Assembly: GCA_023213395.1 (NCBI GenBank)
Contig: CM041465.1
Coordinates: 87,489,741 to 87,553,740 of the forward strand
DNA length: 64,000 nt
Source of the DNA: Cycas panzhihuaensis
Taxonomy: Eukaryota; Plantae; Cycadophyta
Direction: 5' to 3'
Every line of letters starts with the position of its first letter. Positions within the stretch are counted from its first letter, which is position 1. Under the pieces are notes generated by a model, which saw nothing but the letters and a program-made list of their open reading frames with translations, did no database searches and had not been told where the DNA came from. The position numbers and the translations under genes are program-made. Shown piece after piece: positions 39,700 to 53,569 of the stretch.

Positions 39700-41870
39700 A
39701 ATGGCCCCACGACAAAGATCACAGTGTCGCGAAGTTTTCCGTGAGGTCACTGAGGGGGTGCCAAAATCTCAGTGGGGCTTGTGTTAAACTCTACAATACC
39801 GTAGAGTTTACTACGGAGTAGTGAAAGGATAGTGGACAAAAAACGAAATGGGGCCCGATGGATGACTTAACTCACTCTGATGGAGTACGAGGCATCCGAT
39901 GGACAGTAGGACATGCAGTGAGGGGTATTTTAGACCGACATTTGGATTGCTTACAGGCGGTTATCATAGTGGACAACCGCGAGAACATCAGAGTGGTCAT
40001 GCTCAGTTTTATTAAGATGATGTTGTGGCAAGAGCAGATGGCTTTGAGATGATGCAGGCTCCTAAAGGTCATTAGGATGCCCCAATCTACATTAGATTAA
40101 TGCCTCCTAGTAGACATAGTCTCCCATTGGGACTGGCGGAGATACGTTTTCCATATTTCCTAAGTGGAGGATATTACCATCACACTAGGAGATATTAGGA
40201 GGATTTTGGGTGTACCGACGGGAGGAACACCAGCATCACTGGGCACTTTGCCCAATACGGGCATTGCCCACACAGAGGCAACCACATACTTCACAGGACA
40301 AGGCAGGTGGGATCGACGAGGTGTGTCGGTCTAGGTGATGGTGATGTCTATAAAGCTTATTACTTTGGCTATTCTGTTCTAGATTTCCCAGAAACAGAAT
40401 TACAAGGATATACCGGGCAAATAGATGGCCACGATCAGGAGGTAGGAGCCCAAGGAGAGCCTAGATTGGGCTGCCTTGATAGAAGCTAACCTAGTAGCAC
40501 AGCTGGATGAGATCTGGGTGGTAGGGAGGGGAGGATTCTCATACTACACCCTGTTACAGTACTGGTTTTTTTATCACTTTGGAGCGGTGGCACCATCGAG
40601 AGGACCACATCCCATCTCAGCACGGGCACCCATGGTCCACAAATGGCAGACTTAGTTTAGGGGGACCAAGGACTAGGTTCATATACAGAGGTCAGTGAAG
40701 GTGATTTCGCTCGACCTACTTACCCTAGCAAACTACCCAATCGACCCATATAGAGGGGTACACTGGGAGAGCGATGACATGACAAGGGAGTTAGGAGATG
40801 ACCCTGATGAGGACGGAGGTGATGATGGGGATGATAGGGTAGGCCCATCAGGAGCTATGGGAGGTGAGGCAGGTCCATCGACACCTGCGAGGGGAGGCAG
40901 GCCGCTACACATGCTAGTAGACAGAGAGAGAGTAGTAGGTAGGGCTCCAGCGGCAACAATAGCAATGGTGGTAGTAGCAAAGGCAGTGATAGCTATGACC
41001 AAGGGGGTAGTAGAGGCATGAGGTGCTTTGATAGCCCAAGAAGGTAGGAAAGATAGTGCTAGAGGCAGAGGAAGGAGGAGCAACAACTGAGGGAGCTCCT
41101 GCGGAGGAGGTAGTCGCTGTGAGGAATTGACCATCCCAAGAGGTGAGATACTGCCCTAACTCGACGTCTTTTCAATCACTAGCTACTTAAATAGTTTACT
41201 TTGATTTGATTTAAATGCTTTCACATATATATTTGTTAGACTGACACGTGGTATTCATGGTTTGGTAGGCCTAGCAGAGATGATGAGGCTACTCAAGGTG
41301 GTAGTCAAGGAGTTATTTCTCCAGGTCTACGCAGAGGGACAACCTCCCATCCTAGCCAGCGAGGAGCCTCGATCGATGGGGGCATACACAACGGCATTCC
41401 CCCTGTTGATCAGAGCTAGGGACATATGGGCAACAGAATCCTAGTGACACTAGGTGAGGACGGGGTAGTTGTAGGGTGAGCTAGATGGACTTTGCATAGA
41501 GAGGGACCAGATAGCTACAAAGAGGGACGCCCTAAGAGGCCGGGTCTAGGCATTGGAGGCCCAGGGAAGAGGAGGAGCAGGTAGAGATACAGAGAGTCAG
41601 ATCATGATCAATGTGCTAGAGGAGAGGCTCCGAGGAGTGAAGGGGAAGAGGAATTGTATCCAGGTGAGATACGATCAACTAGTAGAGCAAATCATCACTA
41701 GGTCGTCTTAGAGTAGATCTCACAAACATATGATGATGGCAACCCGGAGGAGGCCTCAAGAGAAGGAGAACAAGGCAGAGAGCTCACAGTAATGTCAGTA
41801 GAGCCTAGGACGCATGTGATCTCCTAGTAAGGGGTCTCATAGGCAAGGAGATGATACCCCCTGAGGGCAA
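39700..41870 (+). pseudogene. Antisense accessory gene of copy A: plant mobile domain (PMD, PF10536-like), acidic linker, intron, coiled-coil exon
   Basis: LLVDIVSHWD...VFH....DITITLGDIRRILGVP (~40105-40218) matches the PMD signature ALVERW..ETHTFHLP.GE.TITL.DV..LLGLP. Intron GTGAG 41143..TAG 41268 with a CTGAC branch motif. Heptad-rich C-terminus (ERDQIATERDALRGRV...LEERLR). Confidence 0.78.
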
Positions 41871-42654
41871 GGTGTCAAGGAGTTCTGATGTATTATTATT
41901 TTTGGGCAGGAAAGCACTGGACCTCCAGGGAGTCACACCATATGTAGGTATATGATTGTACTCCTCCTTGCAAGGATTTCAGCTTCTTAAGGCATGATGC
42001 TAAGATGATGTACTATATGACCTTGTATGATATGATTTGTGTGTATATAGATGGGAGCCAATTGGTATCCTATTTAACCTATGATGATGGTATTATGATT
42101 CTGTTGTATTATTTATTTGTTTATGCATACATGCATGGAGGGATGGATGCATGTAAATATAGGTGCACGGGTACACGAGGGATTATGCATTATGGTGTTT
42201 ATTTAGATCATGTATGGATGAGACTCGTGTTTCTTTTCATGCAACACCATACTCGTAGCGGACACACCGACCACCATGTGTATCAGTAATTGGTACGTAT
42301 GAGGCTAGGAGAGGGAGAGCTATGCATGTCCATTGAGGGAGCATAACGGATATACAAAGGAAACAATGCCAAAAAAGGAATATAGATACTCAAGCAAAAG
42401 GCCTTAATTGGGGTGCAATTCTAGGCTCAGGAGCAGGGAAAGTTTGCACACCCAACTAGGAAGAGAGAGGTTTTCCCCAAAAGCAAAAACAAAAGATGCA
42501 ACGCAAGCAATGGAACTGTAAATAAAGGGCCACTCTTAGCTGCCATACCACCTGTGATTAGGGGGAATGGGGACATGCTTAGAGTGGTGGTTTAGGCTCA
42601 TTTCAGAGTGAGAGGGAAAAGGGGTATACCTAATCTGCTTGGGAGTAGGGAAGG

Positions 42655-45600
42655 TGTTTCCTGGCTACCGGGAATAGACATGGGCGACTCCACTTAGGTA
42701 AGTTCAGGTATGCTTCTATCTTTCGCTTTTGTCAGTCCCGGAAATGGTCGATCGAGGTATGTTACTTGCATTACATTATGATGGGTTGACTGCATGATCA
42801 CTATGCATTGTTTGCCTGACCATATTGCATCTCGGCATCTTTTTAGCCTATGATAATCCGAGATACATATCCCATGGCACTCCACAAACCTCTGCATGTC
42901 TCCATGATGTCCCAAAGTATCGCTGGCTCCTGCAACCCTTATTGCATTGTCTATTAGTATGACATAGCCCTTAGCATCTCGCCTAGGCCTAGTCGTCGCC
43001 TCGTGTACACCTTTTGTCACTTTTTAGGAGTATTTGACCATTATTTTTCTGCTTGTTGTGATCCCCCTAAGTCTCATAACCTCCTTGCTACCTAAATACT
43101 GCAGCATGCCCCTTAGGGTTTAGGATTTCGCCCCTTTTTGGGAGCTTCCAGGCTCCCCCACTCTTCTTTTTACCTTACTTTTGCCTACACCATGGTAAAC
43201 TTCGTGGTACCACTGCAAACTTCACGGTGCCATTAAGTTTATCAGGCAAACTGCTTATAACTTTTCTTTTAAACTGCTTGTGACTAATTTCATATTATTT
43301 GCAAAATTACCACATGGCAGTGACTTGACTCCTGCCCAGGGGAAATCCTAATCGCTCGTTGAGCTAGGGTTGGGTTAAAAAACCCAAAATTCACTTTATT
43401 TTGGTCTATTTTCATCCATTTTTTACTACTCTCTTCTCCAAAAAATGCCCTATAACAGACTCAAGCTCACGCACTTGATCGACAATCCATTACTACCCTT
43501 GCGACTCAAAAACGTAGGTTGCAAGTTTGAAATAAGGCTGGCTAAAGAAGGATCGCGCTCCAACTGCCTCACCAAGCTTCGGTTCTCCTTTTGCTCAAGG
43601 TTTTGTTCTCCATTTGTTGCACTACAGGGGTTTCCTCCAGCAAACCCCAAAGGACCCTTTTCTTCACCCGACTTGCTAGGTAGATCTGCTTTAGTTCAGC
43701 CTTTACCAGGTACTCTCAGATCAATCCTTTGATTTCCTTTTTGGATAGCATAGGTTCTCTTCCACTAGTGCTTCTTGCAGTAAGTTTCTTTCTTCTTTTC
43801 TCTATTGTATCGGGAGGCAAAGCCTCCCTCTTGTTGGCCTGTCCACGTCCCCTCTCTTGGCTCTCTTTGGGTTCTTCAAGGAGGCAGTAGAGAAGAGGGT
43901 TATACAGAGAGTGAAAGGAGCCATAGGCAGGGTCCTGCATCCAACACGCCTTCTCCTCAAGGGCAGCCCTCTTCTCTCCTCCCCTCTCCTTCTCCATACC
44001 TCCCTTGATTTCCCGGAGAACCATTGAGGAGAAGATCTTTGTTGGTGGCAGCATAGGCAGCCTATTGCTGCGTTTGTAACCAACCATCGAAGATCCTACA
44101 CAGCCTGGTTTCTGGCCCTATAATATACCTCTTTAGCTCAAGGGTTAGTTCTTACAAAAACCTGCAGAAGCTACACTTTGTAACTTTTGTAACCCCTTTA
44201 CCATTTTTGTCTTCTTTCACAAAAACCTGTTCGCACTTGTTATTGGGTTGTTTCACTCTCTTTACCCTTTGTCTTGGTACTTGGGGATAGCATGGAGTAT
44301 TTCAGATTTGGAGGATTAGCCATCCCGAGGTTACCTACTTTTCTCCTTTTCAGCCCCCTTCCCACATCGCACAATTGATTGTACATGCAAAACAAGGAAT
44401 AGTATTAACATTGAATGCTCTTCCTTTTAAAAGAGATACACACATTTTGCCATATTTCCTTGCACATACTTATCCTCGCATGCATTGAGTGCCCATTGGG
44501 AAAGGGCGAGCTTTGTTTGTGCAAGTTTCCTTGCATTTGGAGCAAGCGAGGATCTTCATCCCAGGTATGCTCCTCTTTCACTTAGCAGTTGCTTTTCTGA
44601 CACTTTAAAAAATTGCAAAGTAAAGTCATTTTAGTGTTTCCATTTCCTTTCTTTGCATATTCCTTTTGTTTTGATTTTGGGGGAAGGTAAGGAAGCCCCC
44701 TCCTTTTTGCCAACATCCTTTTCGTTACGCCACCCACAGTAAGGGGAAGGGCAAGGATCATGAAAGTGGTGAGGGTAGTGCTACCCCGACCGTTGTATTT
44801 CTGGGTACGTCTCTCTCCCTAGTCTTCCTACTCTTATCCTTTACTCCCCTTTTCTTGTATACCCCTAGACAAAAGGAAAAGAAAAGGATTACGTTGTTTT
44901 ATACTTTATTGGTTGTTTCTTGCTTACCCATTTAAATTCATATAGTTGGGGATTTAGTCAGCTCGCATCGGTAGGTGTTTGCCTTCTCTTTTGACATACA
45001 CATATCCACTTATTTACTCCTTTCATAAGAGCCTTCACCCTTACCAAAGCTAAGGTAAGGCAGGCAGGAACTTATCCGTACACGCTCTAGTCCCCTTATT
45101 GCATATCACGAAATAGCTTTGCATCTCTTGTTTTAACTTTTTACCTACTTAGCAATTTACTTGTTTTCTTTCCTTGCATATGAAAGAATAAAGAGAGCAA
45201 GGTTGCATCTAGGGAGAGAGAGGAAGAATATAGTGTTTTCTTTTAAAGTCATTTCTTGCATACACAAGCACGACATTTCCATTTCATATCTCTCTTTCAT
45301 ATAATAAAAGAAAGACAAACATAAGACAACACCCTTTATCAATCATTCATACCTAGAACCTCCTTAGGTATTGTGCTTTGAGAGGACCTCCTCTCAAGGG
45401 TGCTTTTTCCCTTCTTTCTTTGTTTCCTCAAGCTAGACCTCTTAGGTCTTGTCCTTTGGTCGACGCTTAGTTTGCGGGACTAATTGCTCTCTTGTCTACT
45501 CGTGTTGCACGCCGCCTTAGGCTTGCACGTGAGTTTCTCCCTCTTTCTACTAAGGGTCATTTCCTTTGTTACCTCTTCACGTAAGGAGGTATTCCCTCGC

Positions 45601-45889
45601 TTCCTTCCTCCCCTTCTCCGGCCATCCAGGATCAGAGTGCCCCCTTTCAAGGTTACTTAGGAAACTGAGGAGATCACTCTTTCACCCGTTACTCCAAATC
45701 AAGGAGGAGTTTCCCAAAAGCAGTTTGTGTGCCATTAGCGAGTTCTTGAACCTATGTTCTGATGCATAGACGCCCTTTGTGGGTGACCTCTTTTCCTTGT
45801 TCATGTAGGTCCATAGTCACCCAAGCCGTTAGTAGTGTTGGCTTCACCTCACTCAAGTTAAGTGACCCCCACCCATAGGTGCGATTCCA
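42655..45889 (+). repeat. 5' LTR of copy B (~3.2 kb)
   Basis: TGTTTCCTGGCTACCGGGAATAGACATGG...GCGATTCCA; termini homologous to the copy A LTRs. Confidence 0.88.
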
Positions 45890-45890
45890 C

Positions 45891-45908
45891 TGGTGACTAT
45901 ACTAGGGA
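45891..45908 (+). promoter_or_regulatory. PBS of copy B (TGGTGACTATACTAGGGA)
   Basis: Deaminated version of the copy A PBS, 1 nt after the LTR CA. Confidence 0.8.
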
Positions 45909-46049
45909 CTCACTAGTAAGGGATTAGTCCTTCTCCCTGATCTATTGGTGCTACCTCCTTTTTGGTAGCTCTCCTTGATTTGTTGGGCAGTGCCCAACGC
46001 TTATCACCTTACCATCTCCTTTTTCTTCCAATATTTAGGTGGAACTTGT

Positions 46050-49000
46050 ATGCAACAATTCTCCTGTCGTCTACAAGGCCTTCCCCCTTCGTTAGAAGAC
46101 TCCCCTTACCATCCTCTTCCATCATTGGATTCTAAATCGACCATGGAAGGATTTCCTTTAGATTGGGCATATCACGCCTATGCGTCTGAGTTACATCAGC
46201 CATCCACTTCTTTCCAAGGGCTTTCCCAAGAGGGTGAGGACCCTGTCTTCTACCCGAGTGGTTAAGAGTACCCATAAGTCCACCACCTCTCCACTCATGA
46301 GGTGGAGGTATCTTCTCCCTTAGAGTACCACCACTTTGGTGGCGATTCTTATTAGGACTTCCCTGTGGGGTCTACCTCGTATGAGGACCCTTCCACCACA
46401 TCTGATTAGGTAGATACCCCTCTGCGAATGTGGTGGAAGCCCTTAACCAGTGCTTCCAAGCCGCTAGCCTCCAATCACATTCTAAGTGGTTGGATAATAT
46501 CCTGCAAAGCATAGCACTTCCTTCTTCCACATCCACACCACCTCATCCATCTCGTTCGACCTCCTTACCTACAACGAGGATATCCCTTCTTTCATATTCT
46601 CCTCTTTGTGGTTCATGTTCCTTAGGGACCACCCAAGGTATATCCTCTTCCTAACTCCAGTTGAGTATGCCTCCTCTAACTAAACAACTATGCCCCAACC
46701 AACTGTAGTTTATCCTCCTCCCATTAGATATAGGGAACCATATATGCCCTTACATCTAAATTGCGTGGGATCGATCCCCACACATACCCAAGCTCAACTA
46801 ATGGACCCTTCCATTTACGTGCCTCCAGGTTATACTTCCCAATCGTGGGGGCACAGTAAAGGGAATCTCCTTCTTATTTATTGAGTGGATCTTTTACATC
46901 TGTATGGTATCGCACCACCTATAGGTAGCCCATATGAGCAAAATTCGATCCTGCACCCTTCTATTCCCCCATCTTACGCTCCTTCTTATGTGGCGCCTTT
47001 GCATAGAGGACAAGCCCCCTCCTAAGGTGCCCCCTCTCATATTCCCTTTCAGTAAGGGGCGTATCCTCAAGGAGGGATAGGTCCCTTACACCCATCCACT
47101 CCTCTTCCAATTCCTTTGAATGCAGGATTTGTTCCCTCCCATCAAATGGGAGGAAGTGCGTATCCCCTTCTGAACCAAGTCTCGCAAGGAGGATTCAGGC
47201 AACCTTGCCCACCTCTTCTTCCATCTTTTGTTGACCCTATGGTCCAATCAAGGGCACGCCCCTTCATGGATTATAGATCAACTCCTTTATCTATCGAGGC
47301 GCTAAGAATCAACTTACCGCCTCACCCTCCCGAGGTACCCAAATTCGATGAGACCTCTTCGCAAGACCCAATAGAACATGTTAAAATTTTTTCCATGGTG
47401 TGCATCGATTATTGGGCATACGACCATATCCTAATGAAACTCTTCCCATGCTCTCTCTAAGGCAATGCTCTTAAATGGTTCTATCACCTTCCAGTGCACT
47501 CTATCTACTCATTCCAACAACTCATTGATGCATTCATCAATTATTTTGATGTAGCTTGTCCCTTCGAGAGAAGAATGAAGGCTCTCCTGTCTCTTAAACA
47601 AGATCACGATGAGATGAATCGTGACTTTATGAGATGCTTCCACGATCTTCTCCACTCCACAAAGGCAACCTTGCCTAAGGAGTTAAAGAGATCTCTTTGT
47701 TAATACCCTTCACCACAAGTCCATGTTGAAGTCCTCAAAATAAGAGTGATAACGCGACTCCACCATAGCCAAGTGTTTGGCTCTTGAGGCCATTAAGATC
47801 CAGGCAGGTTCAAGAAGCCTCTTAGGTCCTCACAACAGCGTGACGCACCTCCTCCGCCTCGCGATATCAAAGTTCAATAGCCCCCTAGGTCTTCGTCTCA
47901 TCCAACAGAGAAGACCTTAGATCCCTTGACCTCTGCTATACGTTCTTTCGAACATACCATAAAGGAGCTTAAACTCCAAGCCCCTTCATCACCCACTTCT
48001 CACAGACCCGTCCATTAAGACTCTGAAGCCGCACCTCCCAAGGGTGATAACACTCAACCTTCTCAAACAAGGAAGACAGATTTTCCCTTAGAGAAGAAGT
48101 GGTGTTCTATTCATGAGGAATGCTTTCACAAAGACTCACAATGTAAGGCTTAACACCTTAAGGCCGCCCCACAACATGACTCTTCCCCTAAACAGGGGAA
48201 ATCATCTAGAGCCAATCTAGACCAACTCGTCCATAAGGATCCTTTCCCCAAACATGGGGAATATGATTACAACACTCAACCAAAAGGCAATCAAAATAGA
48301 GGAAGGTCTCCTAACCCTTACCCTACACAAGTTAAAAGGAAAGGTATTAGGAACTCTTCCTCTTCTTTTGGTTCTCCCAACCACTGAACTCTTTCCCCCT
48401 CTTGATCTTGAAACAAGGGAAAGAGGGTCATTTAAATGCTTGAGACCACTCTGTTATATGCCTTGACTTAGTCCCATGTAACCAAAGAAGCCACCGATGC
48501 TTCTTCTTCCACCCTTATCTTGATCCTCCTCTGGAAGTCCCTCCTCTAGAAATTCCTACACTTCCTAAGACCATTCTCGTGTGCCCTGGTCATTGCAATT
48601 TCTGAAGGGTGCTTCCCCAACCTACCGCGAAGGGGAAGCCCTTCTCCATCGTTAATGAGCTTCACACCGTGGCCGCGGGGATGTCCATGATGGACGTATT
48701 GAGAAGCTGTCTAGAGCAGTGTGCTCTTCTCCTAAAAACCTTAGGATTGGTTGACGCTTCGGTTCACACCTTGGGTGTTACCGTAAGCCGCAAACCCATT
48801 ATCTCTTTCGATCCTAAGGATCTTCTCTCAATTGGTGAAAGGGAACGTTAATGGTGCTACCCCTTCACCATAACTATAGACACACCAGAATACACCCTTC
48901 GAAGGACCGTTATAGATAATGGTCCTTTTGTTAATACTATGGTCTTGTGCATCATGCAAGAGCTTGGCATATCAGCCCTTAAATCGGTCCCATGGCAGTG

Positions 49001-52000
49001 TCAAGGCTATGATGGTAGCAAAATGACACCCTTAGGGTCAGTTTCTATTCCCCCCACTCTCGAGGACAAAACTATCCTCACTGATATTATAGTCCTTGAT
49101 GTAGACGTGGACTACAACCTCTTATTGGGACGCCTATGGCTCGACCAAATGGGAGTTGTGTGCTTGTCTTATTGGGGGCAACTTAAATTCATCCATGAGG
49201 GACTAATGAGGGTTGTCCTCTGGGAGCCTCCTCCTACCAAACAACCACGTCAACTCCGTCAAGTGGTTTGCGACAAGGTGAAGGGTGATAAGGGCCCTTC
49301 CGCCCATGCTTCCGCTTGTTCTATCAACATTCCTGGTTCACCTTACTTGAAAGAAGGTCCTTCCCCTTCTTCCTTGAACCTTATCTGCTTCGCCCCTATT
49401 GTTGTAGGGAGCTATGGGTACCTCACTGTGCTTAATGATGATGAGTCTGACAGTGAGGATGAGGACCCCTCTCATCCCATATCCCTCTTAAATATGAGTA
49501 GGGGGCACTCTCTTTGTTTCAGGTCCCAACTTGAAACCTCTTCCATCGAGGAGTCTAGTCCTCCTCTCGATTCACATATCATTGCTCCTGTCTCTCGTGC
49601 AATCTCCTATATCACCTTATCTTCTACTTCATCACCCTCCACAAGTGATGAGGCAAGGGAACCTCTTGTTACCTATCACAAGAGGTCACCTTCCAACTCT
49701 TCTAAAGAGTCCCTTGAGTACATTGAGTGGTGGGTTGACCACTATAGTCCCACTACTTCTACTCCTCGCCCCTCATTTTCTCGAAGTGTGATCATCCATA
49801 AGATAGATTGCTTCGAGGATGACAGGGCCTTACTAGAGCACTTAATGGGTTCCATGCCCAATATCCTCCACAGTCACCATAAACTTGGTTACCAGAAGAT
49901 CTTAGCTATTGGATCACCTCTAGCTGACCCAAACCTATCTTCTTCTTCTTCAAGCCCTCCTGTTGACCGAGCCTCCCTTCACTTTGAGGAAGGGAATGCC
50001 ATATGTATAGGGGCAACCAAGGATATCATCCTTGCTCCTGGTAAGGTCATTAAGGTGGGAGCGAAATGTTCCCATGACAAAATGAAGGAATACACCCTTC
50101 TCTTCCAAGAATTCTGTGATATTTTTTCGTGGGACTACTCTAATATGAAGGGAATAGACCCTTCTATTGTCACACATAACCTCACCACTATTCTAGGTGC
50201 TCACCCCATGTGGCAAAAACAACACCCTCTTCACCCAAAACTTTCAACTGTTGTGAAGATGGAAGTTGAGAAACTCCTAGACGCAAGGTTAATCACTTCC
50301 ATCGACTACCCCAAGTGGATGTCTAACATCATTTCTATTGCTAAAAAGAACTGAACAATTAGGATATGAATTGACTTTTGTAACATCAATAATACATATC
50401 CTAAGGCTAACTTTCCTCTCCCCTTCATCGATTAGATAATCGATCGAATGACTAGATTTGAAGTCATGTCCTTAATGGATGACTTCTTAGGATAAAACCA
50501 AATCTAAATCTCCCCTAAATCGTCATAAAATGGCCTTTACCACTCCTTGGGGCACCTTCGCCTACAAGGTGATGCCATTAGGCTTAAAAATATAGGTACC
50601 ACTTATCAAAGGGTGATGCAATTTGGCTTTCACAACCTCATTAACAAAACCCTTGAGGTTTTTATGGATAACATGATGGTCCTTTTATGCGTAAGGGCCC
50701 ACCATCTTAGCGATTTGCGAGCCATCTTCATATGATGTCGCAAATACCATGTAAGCCTAAATCCTCTTAAGTGTGTGTTTGCTGTATCGGCTGGCAAACT
50801 CCTTGGTTTCTTTATTTTAAAACAAGGAATCCAAATCGACCCTCACAAAGTCAAGGCCATCCTTGACATGCCTCCTCCTAAGACCCAACGACAAATCAAG
50901 TCATTCTTAAGTAGATTAGGCTTCCTTAGGCGTTTCTTAATGAATTTGCCATAAATGCAAAACCCCTCACCAACCTATTTAAGAAAGGGGTCCCATTTGT
51001 TTGGACTCCGAAGGCCAGGCGCCTTGAGGAGCTCGAGAGCTTTGCCTTCCACCACGACTTTGGCGTCCCTCTCTTGATAGGCCTTTCATCCTTTATACCT
51101 CATCCATCAATGAATCCTTAGGCACCATGCTCGCCCAAGAGGATGACTCGGGAAACAAGAGAGCCATCTACTTCATCAGCCACACCCTAGTTAGTGATGA
51201 GCTTAATTACTCTACCACAGGAAGGAATGTCTCTCATTGATGCACACTACCGAAGTTTAGGTACTACTTGCTCAAACACTACTCGGTGATCATTCAATCG
51301 ATCCTTTGAGGTGTTTGCTAATTCGATCGACTTGGCGGTGGGACTAGCAAGTGGGCCGTGCTCGTTCAAAATTTGATCTCCAAATCGTTAATAGGAAATC
51401 AAAGAAGGGGATGGTGGTTGTCGAATAACTTGTTGACGCCCCCATCCCAAACTCTTCTAATGCTCCTGTTGATGATTCCTTGCTTGCGAGCACATTGCGG
51501 CTATTCAGGACTTGTCTCTTCACCTATTGACTGATAGTAAGTGGTATGGGGATATTGTACGATATCTTCAGTGGCGATGTCGCCTCGATCACGAGCAACA
51601 ATGTTAGGTCACGTATTTGGGCTAATACTAGGTACTAGTTCCTCATGGAAGAGGTATTGTATAAGAGGTCTTTTGACAGGATCCTTCTCCACTGCATTAG
51701 TCATGATGAGGCGGGCCAAATACTTTGCAAATGCCATAGCGACATCTGTGGGGGCCATTTTAGAGGCCAATCCATGGCCCAAAGGATCCTTCGCATGGGC
51801 TATTATTGGCTATTCCTCTTTAAGGATGCCCATGTCTATGCCCTGTAATGTCATTGGTGTCGAGCATGCCAACATCATCCACTTGCCTTCTGAGGCCTTG
51901 CACCTAGTCATATCTCCATGGCCTTTATCTCAATGGGGATTAGACCTCATTGGGACCATAACAAGTTTATCTTGACTGTGACGGAATACTTTACTAAATG

Positions 52001-52760
52001 GGCCGAAGTAGTGCCCTAATCCTCTACTTCTGGCAAGATGGTAGTCACCTTCGTCTATAAGCATATTATTTGTCGATTCGTGGTCCCTGACGTCTTGGTC
52101 ACAGATAACGAAACCCCTTTTCGTAATAAGGAAATGGACAAACTTTGCAAGAAATTTAAGATATCTCACAAAACTTCCTGTCCCTATTACCCCCAGGCCA
52201 ATGGCTAAATGGAATCTTTTAACAAAACCCTTATAAGCATCCTAAAGAAAACCATCATCCAATCTCAAAAGGATTGGCATCTTCAACTTCCTTTTGCCCT
52301 ATGGGCGTATCGTACTTCCATCCACATAGCTACAGGGATGACCCCATTCTCCCTTGTGTATAGAATTGAGGCGGTCCTCCTGTTGGAAGTTGAAATCCCA
52401 TCCTTGCGAGTTCCCCTTCGGGGTCTTGTTGATGAGGAGTCCTACCGTTAGGCCTGTCTCCTAGATATCGAAGCCATAGATAAGAAACGTTAGACTGCTT
52501 ACCAAGCAAACCTCGCCTTTAAAGCTAGGGCACAAAGAATGTATGACAAATGCCTTTGCCCCCACCCTTTGCATCCTGGGGACAATATCCTCAAGTTGGA
52601 ATATCTCCATGATTGTTTGTCCAAATTCAGACCTAAGTAGGTTGGTCTTATTTTCGTTCTCGAAAGCCTTGATAACGATGCCTATAGGATCACAGCCTTG
52701 GAGGGTCTTGAATTTGAGAAAGCCATCAATGGTAGGTTCTTAAAGAAATTCTATGTGTGA
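46050..52760 (+). pseudogene. Degenerate gag-pol of copy B (GAG-PR-RT-RH-INT, with no aRH inside pol)
   Basis: gag PEVPKFD...HILMKLFPCSL*GNALKWF (~47330); WCSIHEECFHKDSQC knuckle (~48100); PR VIDNG (~48910); RT DIFSWDYSNMKGIDP...LKNIGTTYQR...EVFMDN (~50655); RH LGTMLAQEDD...AIYFIS; IN CHSDICGGHF, WGLDLIG, GPY/F-type tail ending FLKKFYV*. Confidence 0.92.
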
Positions 52761-53569
52761 CCTATCCCTATCCCTGTGTAGGCTTGGTGCACCGCTTCTC
52801 TCTTCTTGCTCCGAAATAAGCTTAAACTACCCCTCTAAGCACGTCCCCATTCTCCCAACCATAGGTGGAATGGAAGCTTAGGGTGGCTTTCCTATCTTTG
52901 TAGTTCTTGTCTATGGCACCTTTTGTTGCTCTCTTGTGGGAAACCTTTCTTCCTAGTTAGACGCATACGTTTCCATCGCTCTCGAGCTCAAAATCGCACT
53001 TGACTAGGACCGCATGCTTGAGTATTACTCTTTCTTTGTCATCACTTCCCTTACATATCTGCTATGCTCTTTCGATGGACATGTATGGCTCTCCATCTCC
53101 TAGCCTCACATGTATCTATCACCTACATTCATGGTGGTCATGTGTGCACTTCAAGTATGGTCCTACATGAAAGAAAGTATGGCCATCACCCAGAGAATCT
53201 AATAACAGAAACTATATAACAATAAACTAATATCGTCATGGTGCATAGTCTCTCATGCACTCATGCACCTGTGTCTACATACACATAAACATGTATACAT
53301 ATAAACATATGAACAAATAAGAAATAAATGCAACATCATAAAAGCATCATAACATCATCATCGTGGATCAAATGGGGTGCCAATGGGCCCCCATATATAT
53401 ACATAATGAATCATATCATATAAAACAATATAGTACATCATCCTCGAGAAGCTGGAATCCTTGCAGGGAGGAGTACAATCATATGACAACATATGATGTC
53501 TCCTTGGAGGTCTAGTGCTTTCTCAATCAAAACTAATAATGTCCTACTCTTCAGCGCCCCTGCTCTTAA

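Larger units (their letters stand above)
34658..42654 (-). mobile_element. Tat-type copy A, 3' part (3' LTR, PPT, aRH, antisense PMD gene), interrupted by copy B
   Basis: LTR homologous to 3814-6993. Internal region colinear with 52760-56599 (inverted) and 59118-63530. Confidence 0.9.

Noticed and set aside
44360-44369. TCCCACATCG, the snRNA/Pol III USE consensus
   Set aside because: It lies inside the B LTR, is not conserved in the A LTRs, and has no properly spaced TATA or recognisable snRNA downstream.
48939-50354. Longest ORF (471 aa) as a novel gene
   Set aside because: It is the protease tail, Ser-rich linker and RT start of copy B pol.
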